Source: a virus. From it: a stretch of DNA of 64,000 nucleotides. Shown here piece after piece: positions 35,801 to 44,441 of the stretch (its first letter is position 1; each line of letters starts with the position of its first letter). The position numbers were made by a program, and so were the translations under genes. A model generated the notes under the pieces. That model saw only the letters and a program-made list of their open reading frames with translations. It was not told the DNA's origin and searched no databases. The stretch is taken from IMG/VR virus record IMGVR_UViG_3300049914_000251, positions 32,001-96,000 of that record; one strand, 5' to 3'.

Positions 35801-36605
35801 TAGTAGTATCAACATTGTCGGCAGTGGGTAAACTGTTAGCCGCTATTGAACCAGAGGTTATTTCTACTCCCGGACTTCCCGCATTATCCGCATTAAAACT
35901 GACTATAAAATCTCCTGTAAGAGAAGTCGTCCGCCAGGCTCTCAACAATACAGAACCGATGACAATACTTACCGCAGCGGTATACGGAAAAGCAAACCAC
36001 TTACCATCATTAAAATCTTGCTGTACCGTAATATCCGTTTGAACTTTTATCGCGGTATACTTTTTCTTATCCTTAACGATCAGCCCTTTCAGTGTTCCGC
36101 CAGTAGGAAAAACTGAATAAGCATATGACTCATCTAAATTAACGTCACCTTCATACCCTTCAGATACTGCGGCATAGCACACAGAGGATGCGTCAGCTAA
36201 CACCTTAGAAAAGTACACACTTCGATTATCGGCGCCGCTATCAAACTGTAAATACCACCGGTGCTGCCTGTCCTGTGGAGTTGACCATGTGATCTTAACA
36301 TATACTAAATCTCCCCTCACAACAGCCACCGTATCAACCAAATTTGAGGCTGAAGACGCGGGCCCTACTATAGTGGCAGTTAACGAAGTAGCAACCCCAT
36401 TCTTATAGACGGTATACGTGCAACTGGAACCGGCTGGACATGCTACAGACATACTAACCACGAAACCGGACAAAACCCCAGCATCTGACATCAGACTGTA
36501 AACGTCATTAGCTAAATACGTAGAAATGTAGCAACCAGATACAGGGCCCCACGCATTATAGGCCCCTACCCAGTTATAATCCACATGCAGAAACGGTTGC
36601 CTCAT
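29829..36605 (-). CDS. giant multidomain tail adhesin / receptor-binding protein
   Basis: 2258 aa of beta-sandwich repeats, InlB B-repeat-like units, a BNR-like propeller and an FN3-like C-terminus. Confidence 0.75.
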   Translation of the reverse strand: MRQPFLHVDYNWVGAYNAWGPVSGCYISTYLANDVYSLMSDAGVLSGFVVSMSVACPAGSSCTYTVYKNGVATSLTATIVGPASSASNLVDTVAVVRGDLVYVKITWSTPQDRQHRWYLQFDSGADNRSVYFSKVLADASSVCYAAVSEGYEGDVNLDESYAYSVFPTGGTLKGLIVKDKKKYTAIKVQTDITVQQDFNDGKWFAFPYTAAVSIVIGSVLLRAWRTTSLTGDFIVSFNADNAGSPGVEITSGSIAANSLPTADNVDTTITFDDEIQVVSGTTYWVVFRIPSELVEIASVWGTAVAVDGAVESLDSGGTWNPIMVTSAVEQVRESYTTGDNTSSIVGTALNYQRMQSITPLVSHTAWWAKVRIYRVGTPDTLTVYVYATDGAGKPTGDPLAYGDMDASGITTNSAGAWYTMLLYDWVTSNPGVALVAGVKYAIVLSENLESNSDYILWRVDSVGATYAGGQGGYSTDYGASWTLNAADYDFMFSEGDYVVSPYNFRFYLFGRGPGVGSSYTFTVRVNGVDTGLSCVVSDYEDSAEDLVNTVVVAQGDLVTISVTPAGSPVPSYYCLALQFDSTVDFESCLFSGDLDPYAMYGWEQEFHPICGSCDGEGYEPWMEQPMAPQAGSKFILKNLSAYVTVPPGVGKSRSFYLRSGEADAGPVVTISDAGQYGCDAVNVYLVDVEKFLDIRKVNANFPDATGLKFSMLVTVPITRNLTVTAGTGGTVTVPGIGVFSYDEGTVVDLLAVVNVAHYYPGLSIPNLGIWTGDIGTLADPDCAATQIVMSADYSIMANFVEKYLLQAKVSDSYTGNILSPPCGEDFRTYEEYDPAVELSRTQDRITFSTSVGSEVYAVFDKGVDYINLSGDFEFLADVRITGGDGLLTPFLLAKLKSTWGGLVVDDFVGVQISVLAGTVTFNVELYNEVCDGPILVGGTAALSTAPLTMYLRFWYDSFRYEHGMFYCDNYASAADRATESNRLARATLTDAPFWSHGPLRYLYGLNLSGAVSGYVENLVWVGHSEAFQNLSAVVPIEASANTSLWKEWLGDVSQVADPTLISTVITMLDDYDIEAFLKVYVDFLTPSQGHVVIPGEGVFVYDAGSVVSAEAEAVANFEFDYWTLSFANLIPQKESTSYPSGVFETDQFLSSKITNPTDITVKTNLTLSAVYRVIGAPMPPELFTRIRIDDGVDGGSWFYLPSSSLMVQIKRYPVQLAFPNHNVALLDLGMAADNLIVRGVTNELDRSISADWSQFITKDQLAEVVRAWGGSVDVLAKTGFPRVRVPIAYYLVLGNGDVVISPSPSYPGGNLWAMWCDFWHGQFGNCRMTHNAGNRGAFNFDFSFKVCKKTQGFVIINPVVAPVFILNVESCSGVFAVDDLVVTYSLYTHDYPAVLPYQLVRLEALETGDYTFDHWTGDVPADANALDSSFYVTMDKSRDLEAFSKVAWVNADGGPYTPAAVQANVDNIAYNGSRKLCRTPQGRLWFVFAGSDGRIYAAYNDDKGLSAFPSWLPSPTGWIVEQASYTEDGGGLSQPCCACDSYGGLYVAWNNDETYVEYRYRSELGVWNSWHGLPTSISLPVGQYAWWIEQAGVWDVSISVNSLSQMVMVASAPRVLPVPPIYQQLWVLYGGSGGWIDAYRWGGVGDATKGSVVVGLSNSIHIAYDSQRYHPPDPYTQDIYCGDDNVSMKGVYVDKQTNPCVAVDPSGYPAVVWQGKGWGLLPLKSRVMYRRKGPSGWEPIINLYEDTFWGVDWPYAGDHYSPSIAVDKNGVTHIAWEWDDGTTKRVLLQSCTQKVDEIWEWSTDMATGTPSAYYSLHDNKAVGQTLQPGWLSVTCIDIYAASTGTGTAVFEMWDVSSGGIPTGSSPIFSYVIPDLAFAVSGPQWIGVWFPVTPSPLLDGDTVYAFTIRGTGVGAGNAIRVYYAVDSTNPGHLVYWDGDPMLPWTADDTKDTLFKVGSGNAITGWSEIERYWVGGNIDSDDTFTPSLMHQYWPLKCAFSQNTLPDRAFVFKGTDWVSGLPSIGFNAWESEADMVVTLSPSDITAHQVEVWGAPTNYTKISLGHNLFDSAGFAYSSGEFSWPVQRPREHRLDPSAAGFHSIVNAWGAICQEGEPFSATLHGLAPGTLYNCVAFAKDASFGTGTYWGNPRHFLTAPGPPTGFAVTEVVPGKVKMDWKNTILTEFTPWTMIRYKTTGYPTSPTDGILAYFGPLETVTLYLNTTIHYYFRAWSYISWEYLSGYSVDYVSGVYYNAIPLPHITF

Positions 36606-36629
36606 CGAATCAAACCCCCATAATTACAA

Positions 36630-36657
36630 AGGGCACCTCTTACAAACAGGGTGCCCT
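36630..36657 (-). terminator. terminator-like hairpin
   Basis: AGGGCACC...GGTGCCCT followed by TTGT. Confidence 0.5.
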
Positions 36658-36682
36658 CACAATTCACCATTGAACCTCCAGT

Positions 36683-37078
36683 CTACGGAGTATGTATCTT
36701 TAATACCACCTTAAACGTCAGCTCAAACTTCTGTACCTCGCCTGTAGCTGCCTCATAATCAAATTTAATGCCTCCAAACAGCCCTGAATAAGTATCATGA
36801 GCAGTCTCCTGCAATACAGGATATCCTGACTTGTTCATAATATCAACGTTACTTCCCCACGACCGCACAGCATCCTCTAACTGACTTTTAGTAGGCCCAT
36901 TGATTTCATCCGTAATACCCTGTAGGGTTATAATTTCCAAACAAGATCCCAGATCCAATGCCATTACTCTTCTAAAGGGTAGGGGAATTTGAACAGGAGA
37001 CCTCTTCAAACTATGAACGAGCCTGTCTACCATCAAAGTATACGTAACACTAGAACCATCAGTTATTTTTATCCTCAC
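36683..37078 (-). CDS. distal tail (Dit-like) protein
   Basis: Position; paralogous to domains in both flanking genes. Confidence 0.5.
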   Translation of the reverse strand: MRIKITDGSSVTYTLMVDRLVHSLKRSPVQIPLPFRRVMALDLGSCLEIITLQGITDEINGPTKSQLEDAVRSWGSNVDIMNKSGYPVLQETAHDTYSGLFGGIKFDYEAATGEVQKFELTFKVVLKIHTP

Positions 37079-37080
37079 GC

Positions 37081-39396
37081 CTATCTCCCAGCGACCGTTG
37101 TAGTCTCTGACTGTATCATTTGCTCAGTCACAGCCCCTAATTTAGCTACTATGTCCCTTGCAAAACCATAACCACCACCTGTAGGCAGATGCTCCATTAT
37201 AGTTATAACAGACATTGCTGGAGGTTCCTGATAATCAATACTCACTACGACACCTTCCATACTCCCCTTAACCGAAAGAACAGTTCCGTCCGGACTAGCC
37301 GTTGACGCCATAGCACCAGTCGGATCCGGAAAAAATACCTTCACTTTCATGGCCGCCCTTAAGGGCTTATTCTCATACCATATAATACTACCATTGGAAA
37401 CAGGGGACTTACATTGAGGATACCCAGCCACCGTTATCTCAGCCGTCCATAAAGATTCAGAAGCTTTAAACTCGGCATCTCTCCTTAAAATAGCATCATT
37501 CTTATTATTAATGGCAGGATCATACACTACCTTTTCACGTACTGCCTGAAGTGTTTCCTCTAAAGTTGGATCTGTAGCCTCATCAGCGCCATCCTTACCG
37601 CTACTGTCAGTTACATCCCAAAGCGGATCAGATGTATGCACCGTTACTTTAGTAAGACGTTCCCCTTGATACTTACAGAATTTTGCTGTAGAAGCATCGT
37701 ACTGTATTTGCATCGGCATATGATGCAAATCAGATTCATTAGGATGAAATTCCACATTAGATTCCAAAGAACCTCTCTTAAAATACCTGAACGTAGCTTG
37801 AGCATGTCTAACGCGCAAAACACCCGGAACCGGAGGCCCATACACTCCCGGAGGCAGCACTTCATCAGGCAACCAAGCGCCCGGCACGACACCATCCTCG
37901 ACAAAGAAATCATACCCGGAACCTACTCCACTATTTGGAGCCGGTGCAGTTTGCTGTGTAAATGATTTGGCCTCATCCAACTTATATTTATTATATAAAA
38001 TACCCGCCCAACCATAGCTAGTAGTACGATACATTGGATGTTCATCTAGCCAAGCATTAAACGATAACAAAGTATCGGGCACCATATAATAAGCTGTACC
38101 TGTCCACGTAAAGATCCACGGATCTTCTGCTGCTAATTTAGTAGCTATTTGAAATACCGAATCAGAACTTCCTGAATAATCATTACCATACAGCCCATCA
38201 TTAATAGGAAAAGGCTGCACTGACCGATTTGGAACATAAAACGCCAGATCTGCAAACTTATCCGCAGATGGGGTCTTAGCATAAGTGCTAACATTATAAC
38301 CAAAACCCCCTTGAGAAAAAAGAACCGCATCCTTGGCACTACCCAATATCATAAGCTGAATAAGATCCGACCTTCCATATTTAACAGACTCGGTAACTAA
38401 CCCTGGAATAGGAGGATAAACATATGTAGAATCGCCCATTGCCGGTAACGTAGGAGTTCCTGTTGCAGTAGCGTACACACGATAATCATGACCTCCGCCG
38501 CTGTTTTGAAGAATCTTCATCAAATCATAAACCACCAACTTAACATACTGCCCCTCATCGCCTGCCGGATAAGTTTCCTTACTATCAAGCCTCCCTAAAA
38601 ACATTACGTGCCTAGTACGCGGGTCCACCAGACAAATTCGCATTGGAAAAGTATCTGAATATTTAATAGAGACAAGCTCTTTAGGATTACCAACTACCAG
38701 CTCTACCACACGAACCCGACCAGCCATGCTATCTGTCAACCGCAAAGACCTTTTGTTCACTTCTTGAATCCACTTACCGGGTAAATCAACACCAGGAGTG
38801 GTCACTGTCATATCATGCGCTGCATTACCCTTATAATCAGCCTCATTCTCATAATACATCAGCATTCCCGAGAACGGAGGCATGAACGTACCTAAGTCCT
38901 CTTTGAACGCAGACAAAAACACTAGGGTAAATTTACAGTATTCATCACGACCACTTTCCCTTTCAAGAGTTAAGCTGTCAAACAAACCACGATAAGCTAT
39001 GTACCCATCTACCCGCTTTTCTGTAAGAGTACACAACCTCTCAGGCAACATCCCAGCTGTAACAAAACCAACCCACCACGTACGAACGGCGGTCTCCAAA
39101 TCATTAACTGAAGGCTCTCCCGTCCCCGGTGAAGTATAGTATATCACTCCAGTCACTATGATAGCTTCGGTCACCTGAAGCCAGTCCACTATCAGAGTAT
39201 TAGGAAGCCCATAAGTAGCCAGATCAGTAGGATCCGTTCCTCCAGGCAAAGGAAGTTGAGCATTCAACCGATTAATCTCATGATGAAATACGTTACAACG
39301 CAACAAATAAGACTGATAGCCTGTGAAACTGCCAGTCTCCAGAATATCACGCATGCCATTATCTATCATGACTTCGATATCTTCATTAGCGCCCAT
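37081..39396 (-). CDS. baseplate hub / Dit-Tal-like protein
   Basis: Directly after the tape measure; beta-rich; N-terminal Dit-like domain. Confidence 0.6.
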   Translation of the reverse strand: MGANEDIEVMIDNGMRDILETGSFTGYQSYLLRCNVFHHEINRLNAQLPLPGGTDPTDLATYGLPNTLIVDWLQVTEAIIVTGVIYYTSPGTGEPSVNDLETAVRTWWVGFVTAGMLPERLCTLTEKRVDGYIAYRGLFDSLTLERESGRDEYCKFTLVFLSAFKEDLGTFMPPFSGMLMYYENEADYKGNAAHDMTVTTPGVDLPGKWIQEVNKRSLRLTDSMAGRVRVVELVVGNPKELVSIKYSDTFPMRICLVDPRTRHVMFLGRLDSKETYPAGDEGQYVKLVVYDLMKILQNSGGGHDYRVYATATGTPTLPAMGDSTYVYPPIPGLVTESVKYGRSDLIQLMILGSAKDAVLFSQGGFGYNVSTYAKTPSADKFADLAFYVPNRSVQPFPINDGLYGNDYSGSSDSVFQIATKLAAEDPWIFTWTGTAYYMVPDTLLSFNAWLDEHPMYRTTSYGWAGILYNKYKLDEAKSFTQQTAPAPNSGVGSGYDFFVEDGVVPGAWLPDEVLPPGVYGPPVPGVLRVRHAQATFRYFKRGSLESNVEFHPNESDLHHMPMQIQYDASTAKFCKYQGERLTKVTVHTSDPLWDVTDSSGKDGADEATDPTLEETLQAVREKVVYDPAINNKNDAILRRDAEFKASESLWTAEITVAGYPQCKSPVSNGSIIWYENKPLRAAMKVKVFFPDPTGAMASTASPDGTVLSVKGSMEGVVVSIDYQEPPAMSVITIMEHLPTGGGYGFARDIVAKLGAVTEQMIQSETTTVAGR

Positions 39397-39401
39397 CGCC
39401 C

Positions 39402-40541
39402 TTACCTACCTCTCATAAAATCTCTGGTCAACTGCTTATTATAATCATTAAAAGCTCTGGACATAGAACTCTGATCAACCTTCTCACGCAACGGTACATT
39501 GAACGTTATATTCTGATTAAACACAGCACTCCTACCAGTTCCGCCTTGACCCTTCTGCAAAGCATAGCTCATAGCTTGTTCCAATGGAGAAGGAGAATGA
39601 TGCTTAGTTAAAAGGCCAGCTATTAAACCTGCGATACCACCTATGAATGCCCCGCCCCAGCCAAATATACCCCCTGCTAACGCCCCAGCACCAGCCATTT
39701 CAGCAATACCCATTGCCCCGCCAGTTTTATACCCCTGATACCCCAAAGCAGTAGCTCCCCCTAATCTCAGCAAATTACCAGCCTGTCCACCTATAGCACC
39801 TATCCGCGTTGTAGCCGCACCAAGAGGCGCGCCAACAGCCCCAGCTATACCTCCTTGAGCTATCATAGGAAGTGCTGCCTTAACCCCAACCATTATGCTT
39901 AACCTAGATATGGCTGCTGTAAGAAGAGCCAACGTTACAGCTAAAGATGCGAAGGCTGTCGGAGACTTGAAAGCACCTACAACCAAATCCTTAATCATCC
40001 CTAACCACTTCTCAGGATGTAATATATTAGCTAGAAGGTTCCAAATCTTTTTAAGGTCTTCCCACACCCCCATGAATATGTCTTTAGCACGAGTTAAAAG
40101 ACGCTGGATATCTTTTGACATTAACCACTGAAGAAGATACATAAAACCCATCATGAATAAATTTATCACCGGTAAAAAAGGAACTAATATTGTATCTGCA
40201 GCAGCTCCGATTATCTTAGTAAAAGCACTGGTATACGTCTTAAGAATACCACTATTCTGAGCCATAGTGTATACAAGACCAGCGATAGTGCCTATTTTAG
40301 CTAACGGAATAACATTCTTCAATATTTCAGAATGCCGTTGCTTCGTCTTCTGTTCCTTCTGTTTTTCCTTTGTAGTTTCCCCCGGCTGCTGATTTCCAGC
40401 GGCCGTAGTCCCAGCAGCTCCACCAGCAGCTCCACCAGCAGCTCCGCCTCCAATAGCTTTCAGCTTCTGCTCGATGTCTGACGTATCAGCTATAAACTTA
40501 ATCCTAACTTCCGTCTGTTCCGGATATCCCTCAGCCATCAA
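39402..40541 (-). CDS. short tape measure protein
   Basis: Follows the frameshifted chaperone; Gly/Ala-rich helical with hydrophobic segments; FNQNITFN C-terminus. Confidence 0.7.
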   Translation of the reverse strand: MMAEGYPEQTEVRIKFIADTSDIEQKLKAIGGGAAGGAAGGAAGTTAAGNQQPGETTKEKQKEQKTKQRHSEILKNVIPLAKIGTIAGLVYTMAQNSGILKTYTSAFTKIIGAAADTILVPFLPVINLFMMGFMYLLQWLMSKDIQRLLTRAKDIFMGVWEDLKKIWNLLANILHPEKWLGMIKDLVVGAFKSPTAFASLAVTLALLTAAISRLSIMVGVKAALPMIAQGGIAGAVGAPLGAATTRIGAIGGQAGNLLRLGGATALGYQGYKTGGAMGIAEMAGAGALAGGIFGWGGAFIGGIAGLIAGLLTKHHSPSPLEQAMSYALQKGQGGTGRSAVFNQNITFNVPLREKVDQSSMSRAFNDYNKQLTRDFMRGR

Positions 40542-40547
40542 CGCTCC

Positions 40548-40757
40548 TTAAATAGAAGGCTGCTGTCTGCTTAAAATCTCTTCAAGCAGCTCGGCAGCCG
40601 CTACACGTTCCATAATTTCATTTTCGTCCATGTCCTTAAGATCAGCCCACGGTATACCGAGTAACTGTAATCTGGTCTCCAGGAAGATCATGTATGACAA
40701 AACATCCTGCGGAGACTCCAGTGTACCTTTTTCTAGGATGTTTCTTAATCTTTTTTT
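40548..40757 (-). CDS. -1 frameshift extension of the tail assembly chaperone (gpGT-like)
   Basis: Slippery TTA AAA AAA GAT; -1 frame open to a TAA just before the tape measure RBS. Confidence 0.75.
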   Translation of the reverse strand, partial: KKRLRNILEKGTLESPQDVLSYMIFLETRLQLLGIPWADLKDMDENEIMERVAAAELLEEILSRQQPSI

Positions 40758-41119
40758 AACTGTTCAACGCTTATCTGCGGGAACGGATTAGGCACCAGCC
40801 GTTCCACCAGTTCACCGAACTCCGCATCCATCCCAGCAAACATGATATCATCCACTTCAAACGGGGCCTTCACTATAACAGCCTTCAGCACCATCTTATA
40901 ATACACGTCCCAGTTAAACTCCGCTGTCCCATCAGAGTTGAACTTCAAGGCCGCTGACAATGCCTTTTTCTTAGCGGTCCATCCCAGACCGCGCCTGAGT
41001 ATCTTGCAGACCTTGTCCTTCCAGATGATCTCTTCAAGCCACGGATCCATGCGCGCCATTATCTCACTGGGTTTCAAGTCCTCTAACTTCACTTCCGCTA
41101 CTTTACCTTCCTCAGCCAT
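40745..41119 (-). CDS. tail assembly chaperone (gpG-like)
   Basis: Between tail tube and tape measure; ends LKKD at an A7 run. Confidence 0.75.
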   Translation of the reverse strand: MAEEGKVAEVKLEDLKPSEIMARMDPWLEEIIWKDKVCKILRRGLGWTAKKKALSAALKFNSDGTAEFNWDVYYKMVLKAVIVKAPFEVDDIMFAGMDAEFGELVERLVPNPFPQISVEQLKKD

Positions 41120-41138
41120 TTTGGCCTCCTTTCACAAC

Positions 41139-42239
41139 TTATGTGTTGTATGTACCGTAGGTATCCATTGACTTTATAGTTATAGTCGGAACTTCCACCT
41201 CAACGTCTATCGGAATCAGTGGAGTATCGACGCTTTTAGTAGGAGCCTTTTTCAAAAAACACCCTGGATTGATCACTGTTGGAGTATCTGGTCCCAGCTG
41301 AATCTTAATGTAATCAGTAGAAGAACCTGCCCGATAAAAGTTCAGATACCCCATAAACCCGTTATAAATACCGCTTGGTGTCGCAAAAGTACCTTTTCCC
41401 TTCATCATCAAAGCGCGCCACAAGTCCAACCCTGTCACATTTATCGTAGCTGTACACGCAAAACCAGTCCTATGCTCCACTATACTATACGGATAAGGCT
41501 CTGTTGTGCCTCTCTGTATAAAATATTGCGGTTCAAGACCATTCGACATAACAAGATTAACCCTTTTAACCTGAGCGAACTCCACGCCGAACAATGATAA
41601 TACGCCCTCATGAAAAAGGTACGGTTGATAAGCATACGGATCTACGTGATTCGAAGTAAAAGGACTGCAGTACCTAGTTGGATAATTTGTATACAGCTTA
41701 TAACCGGTGTCATCATGCAACACGTTCTGACAAAGAATTTCCTCCAGACTCAACTGCATACGACCACCTTCCTCACAAACTAAAGAAGCCCTGTTAACCT
41801 TACACCCTAAATACCTGCGCATCAAAACCTTTCCCGTAGAAGAAACAGTCCCATCGGCAGTTTCATCCCAGTCACTGACCTCCCAAGTAAATGACGGCAG
41901 AGTATTAGCCACGGTCATAACATTCTCAGCGCCTGCACCTGCGCTTACACACCCTCCCAGAATGTACTTAAATATCTGAGCTTGCTGTACCCATACATCA
42001 GGAATAGATCCAGCGTACACTTCCTTAGCATCCCCCGGCATGAACTTCCAATCACGACCTTCCCCTGCAATCCACTGAGGCTCATACTGATAATCAGGAT
42101 CCGGACAAATTGCGCCATGAGTAATTCCAAACCTTCTCCACGTCAAAGCGGCTCCACCGCCCGTAGATCCACTCTCATACCCAAAAGAGTTTTCGGTTTT
42201 ATACAATAACCTGGTTCGTTCACCTCTAACAACAGTCAT
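41139..42239 (-). CDS. major tail tube protein
   Basis: Position; YKTENSFG, LPSFTWE, YLGCKVN, PYLFHEG, NGLE motifs. Confidence 0.75.
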   Translation of the reverse strand: MTVVRGERTRLLYKTENSFGYESGSTGGGAALTWRRFGITHGAICPDPDYQYEPQWIAGEGRDWKFMPGDAKEVYAGSIPDVWVQQAQIFKYILGGCVSAGAGAENVMTVANTLPSFTWEVSDWDETADGTVSSTGKVLMRRYLGCKVNRASLVCEEGGRMQLSLEEILCQNVLHDDTGYKLYTNYPTRYCSPFTSNHVDPYAYQPYLFHEGVLSLFGVEFAQVKRVNLVMSNGLEPQYFIQRGTTEPYPYSIVEHRTGFACTATINVTGLDLWRALMMKGKGTFATPSGIYNGFMGYLNFYRAGSSTDYIKIQLGPDTPTVINPGCFLKKAPTKSVDTPLIPIDVEVEVPTITIKSMDTYGTYNT

Positions 42240-42251
42240 GATGCCCTCCGT

Positions 42252-42716
42252 TTAATCACTATCGGCTGGCTTGCCATCTGCGCTTAGCTCAATAGTCACA
42301 GTTCCCGTCCAATACCGCATCGTCGGTACGTTACTTTCCCCAAACCCCAAATAAGTTATCAGTTGATAAGGAGGATACAGGGCAAACTTATTCTTGAACA
42401 GGATACGCCTCATCTCAGCCTTCAAATCCTGCATACGTTGCCTGCCCTGACATGTATGAATTATCAAAGCCACTCTGTGCCGATAGTCTATATATTCTTT
42501 AGCATGACCTTCCCATTGCTGTGTTTCCGCAGGAGAACCATATCTGATTTCAATAAGGTCATTATTTTTTAGCTGATTTGGTTGGGTCCGTGCAATTTCA
42601 TTCCAGATACCGAACTTAGGTTTTGGAATTTGATCAGAATGGGTATCCCATTCAGTATCGAGCAAATCCTTCACCGTAGAAAGAACATCGGTTTCAGCCG
42701 TATATGTGCTTGTCAT
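42252..42716 (-). CDS. tail terminator / completion protein
   Basis: Position and size. Confidence 0.55.
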   Translation of the reverse strand: MTSTYTAETDVLSTVKDLLDTEWDTHSDQIPKPKFGIWNEIARTQPNQLKNNDLIEIRYGSPAETQQWEGHAKEYIDYRHRVALIIHTCQGRQRMQDLKAEMRRILFKNKFALYPPYQLITYLGFGESNVPTMRYWTGTVTIELSADGKPADSD

Positions 42717-42724
42717 ACTTCCTC

Positions 42725-43453
42725 TTAGAACATAACTAAGGCTTGTAATTGGTCAAGGTCCTTCTCATTCTGTTCCTGCCAATATGCTACCTTTTCAGGA
42801 GAAGGCACACCATTCATTCCCGTAGGAAATATCTTAGTGTAATCGGCTGACACTACCAACCCAATAGCCGTCATCCTGATACAAAGTTCCTTCACCATTA
42901 AAGCATAATCATCAGCCTGTATTCCGTTTACCGTATCATCTTCCATGCATGAACCCCAGATGTACGATATCTTTATAGCCTTCTGATACTGCGGGAACTT
43001 TCTCATACGGTACTTCATATGGCCCCACGGATACCAGATATTACCCACAAAATATATCTGAGCCATCTCATAATCCACCCAATAATTACCGGATTGCCTG
43101 TCATTTGTCAACTCCATCCAGCCATCTTGCCATAGTGACAGGCTAATAACTGCCCTGATGGGCCTGTGCCTGCACGTAAACCCATACAGGCTATAATCAT
43201 GTGTCTCATTTAACTGAATACGAGGACGCCAAGCCCGCCTGGTCTCCTTATCTATAGTGTCCTCATTAGCCTTTATCCTTTTCTCTATGTACAACCAACC
43301 AAACGATCCGGAATTAGAATCCGGCATATCAACTTGCAGAAAATCGCATACTTCCTGTACGGTACAGTAAACCGGCGCGATATATGGCCTCACGCCTGTT
43401 AACTTATCAGTAACCCCAACACTATCCGTGATAGTAACTGCATAATCCGTCAC
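42725..43453 (-). CDS. head-tail adaptor (neck) protein
   Basis: YCTVQEV...IDKETRRAW...KISYIWG...VKELCIRMTA. Confidence 0.65.
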   Translation of the reverse strand: MTDYAVTITDSVGVTDKLTGVRPYIAPVYCTVQEVCDFLQVDMPDSNSGSFGWLYIEKRIKANEDTIDKETRRAWRPRIQLNETHDYSLYGFTCRHRPIRAVISLSLWQDGWMELTNDRQSGNYWVDYEMAQIYFVGNIWYPWGHMKYRMRKFPQYQKAIKISYIWGSCMEDDTVNGIQADDYALMVKELCIRMTAIGLVVSADYTKIFPTGMNGVPSPEKVAYWQEQNEKDLDQLQALVMF

Positions 43454-43498
43454 GTAGCCACCTATACCTCAACAGACCCTCGCAGATGCTAAAGCCTA

Positions 43499-44059
43499 CT
43501 AGGCACCCAGAATTGTTATTTCCCAAGTGACTGCCAGGGTGTCCAGCAACCCTACGTTAACTGTAGGAGTAACCTGAGCATACGCCATACAGTCTCCGAC
43601 ACTGTGAGTTGCGCTATTCACCAGTGCTGCCTCGTTAATTCCGGTAACATTCAACAGACCAGCAGTGAACGTGGCTTTATACGTAATCACATTATCATAC
43701 GCAGCTGCCCATGCGCCCTTCAATTTCGGGTACGTAGCATCCATAATTCGCGGTACTCCCGTAACTGTAACTACCGCAGTTATGCCTTTTGTAGTAGCTG
43801 CATATCCGGTGCCTACCTCGATCCACGCATGAGTATTATCGAGCTTAGTTCTTGCCGGAGTCATGGCCAGACAATCGGCGATCAAAGCATCTCCCTGATC
43901 GACTACCATGTTGCACATGACCGACTTCTGCTTTAACCTACCATCAGGCCCAAAGACCTCAAAGGTCAGCTTACCAGTCACTAAAGCCCTGCTTGCCAAA
44001 TCCGCAGTCTTTATCCTCTTCGCAAGCTCCATTGCCAAAATTTCTCTAAAGGTTTGCAT
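43499..44059 (-). CDS. virion structural protein
   Basis: NMVVDQG...IEVGTG...ITYKATF...INEAAL...DTLAVTWEIT pattern. Confidence 0.6.
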   Translation of the reverse strand: MQTFREILAMELAKRIKTADLASRALVTGKLTFEVFGPDGRLKQKSVMCNMVVDQGDALIADCLAMTPARTKLDNTHAWIEVGTGYAATTKGITAVVTVTGVPRIMDATYPKLKGAWAAAYDNVITYKATFTAGLLNVTGINEAALVNSATHSVGDCMAYAQVTPTVNVGLLDTLAVTWEITILGA

Positions 44060-44090
44060 ACCAGTCCTCCTTACACCTTACAAGATGTAA

Positions 44091-44441
44091 TTATATCTGA
44101 CAGTGAATAGTACAATATCTTTCGAATGTCTTTCCAGCAGGAGCACCTCCGCTGGTATAGATAACTGCACTCACCTCTACCCTGTAGGTATTACCTGCTG
44201 TAAACTCGTAAAATCCCTGAGTCACCTTAGTACCAATTATAGAAGCACTCCCATTCTTTATTGTGGTAGATACATCCTCATCAGTTGGGATAAGATACAC
44301 CACTACAGATGCAGAATGCACCACCTCTCCGGTCGAAAGTATTGGAGCGAAATCAAACTGCGGCCTAATAATATCATCGGCAGAAACACTTAAAGGAGAT
44401 CCCACAAACTCCAACAGTTGCCGCTCACTAACTAGATTCAT
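44091..44441 (-). CDS. phage fibre-tail adaptor-like protein
   Basis: FDFAPILSTGE...AGNTYRVE. Confidence 0.5.
   Translation of the reverse strand: MNLVSERQLLEFVGSPLSVSADDIIRPQFDFAPILSTGEVVHSASVVVYLIPTDEDVSTTIKNGSASIIGTKVTQGFYEFTAGNTYRVEVSAVIYTSGGAPAGKTFERYCTIHCQI

Noticed and set aside
29271-36605. TAG immediately followed by in-frame ATG, suggesting stop-codon recoding
   Set aside because: The same stop-start junction occurs with TAA (24513/24512, 60179/60178); genes are intact in code 11; no suppressor tRNA found
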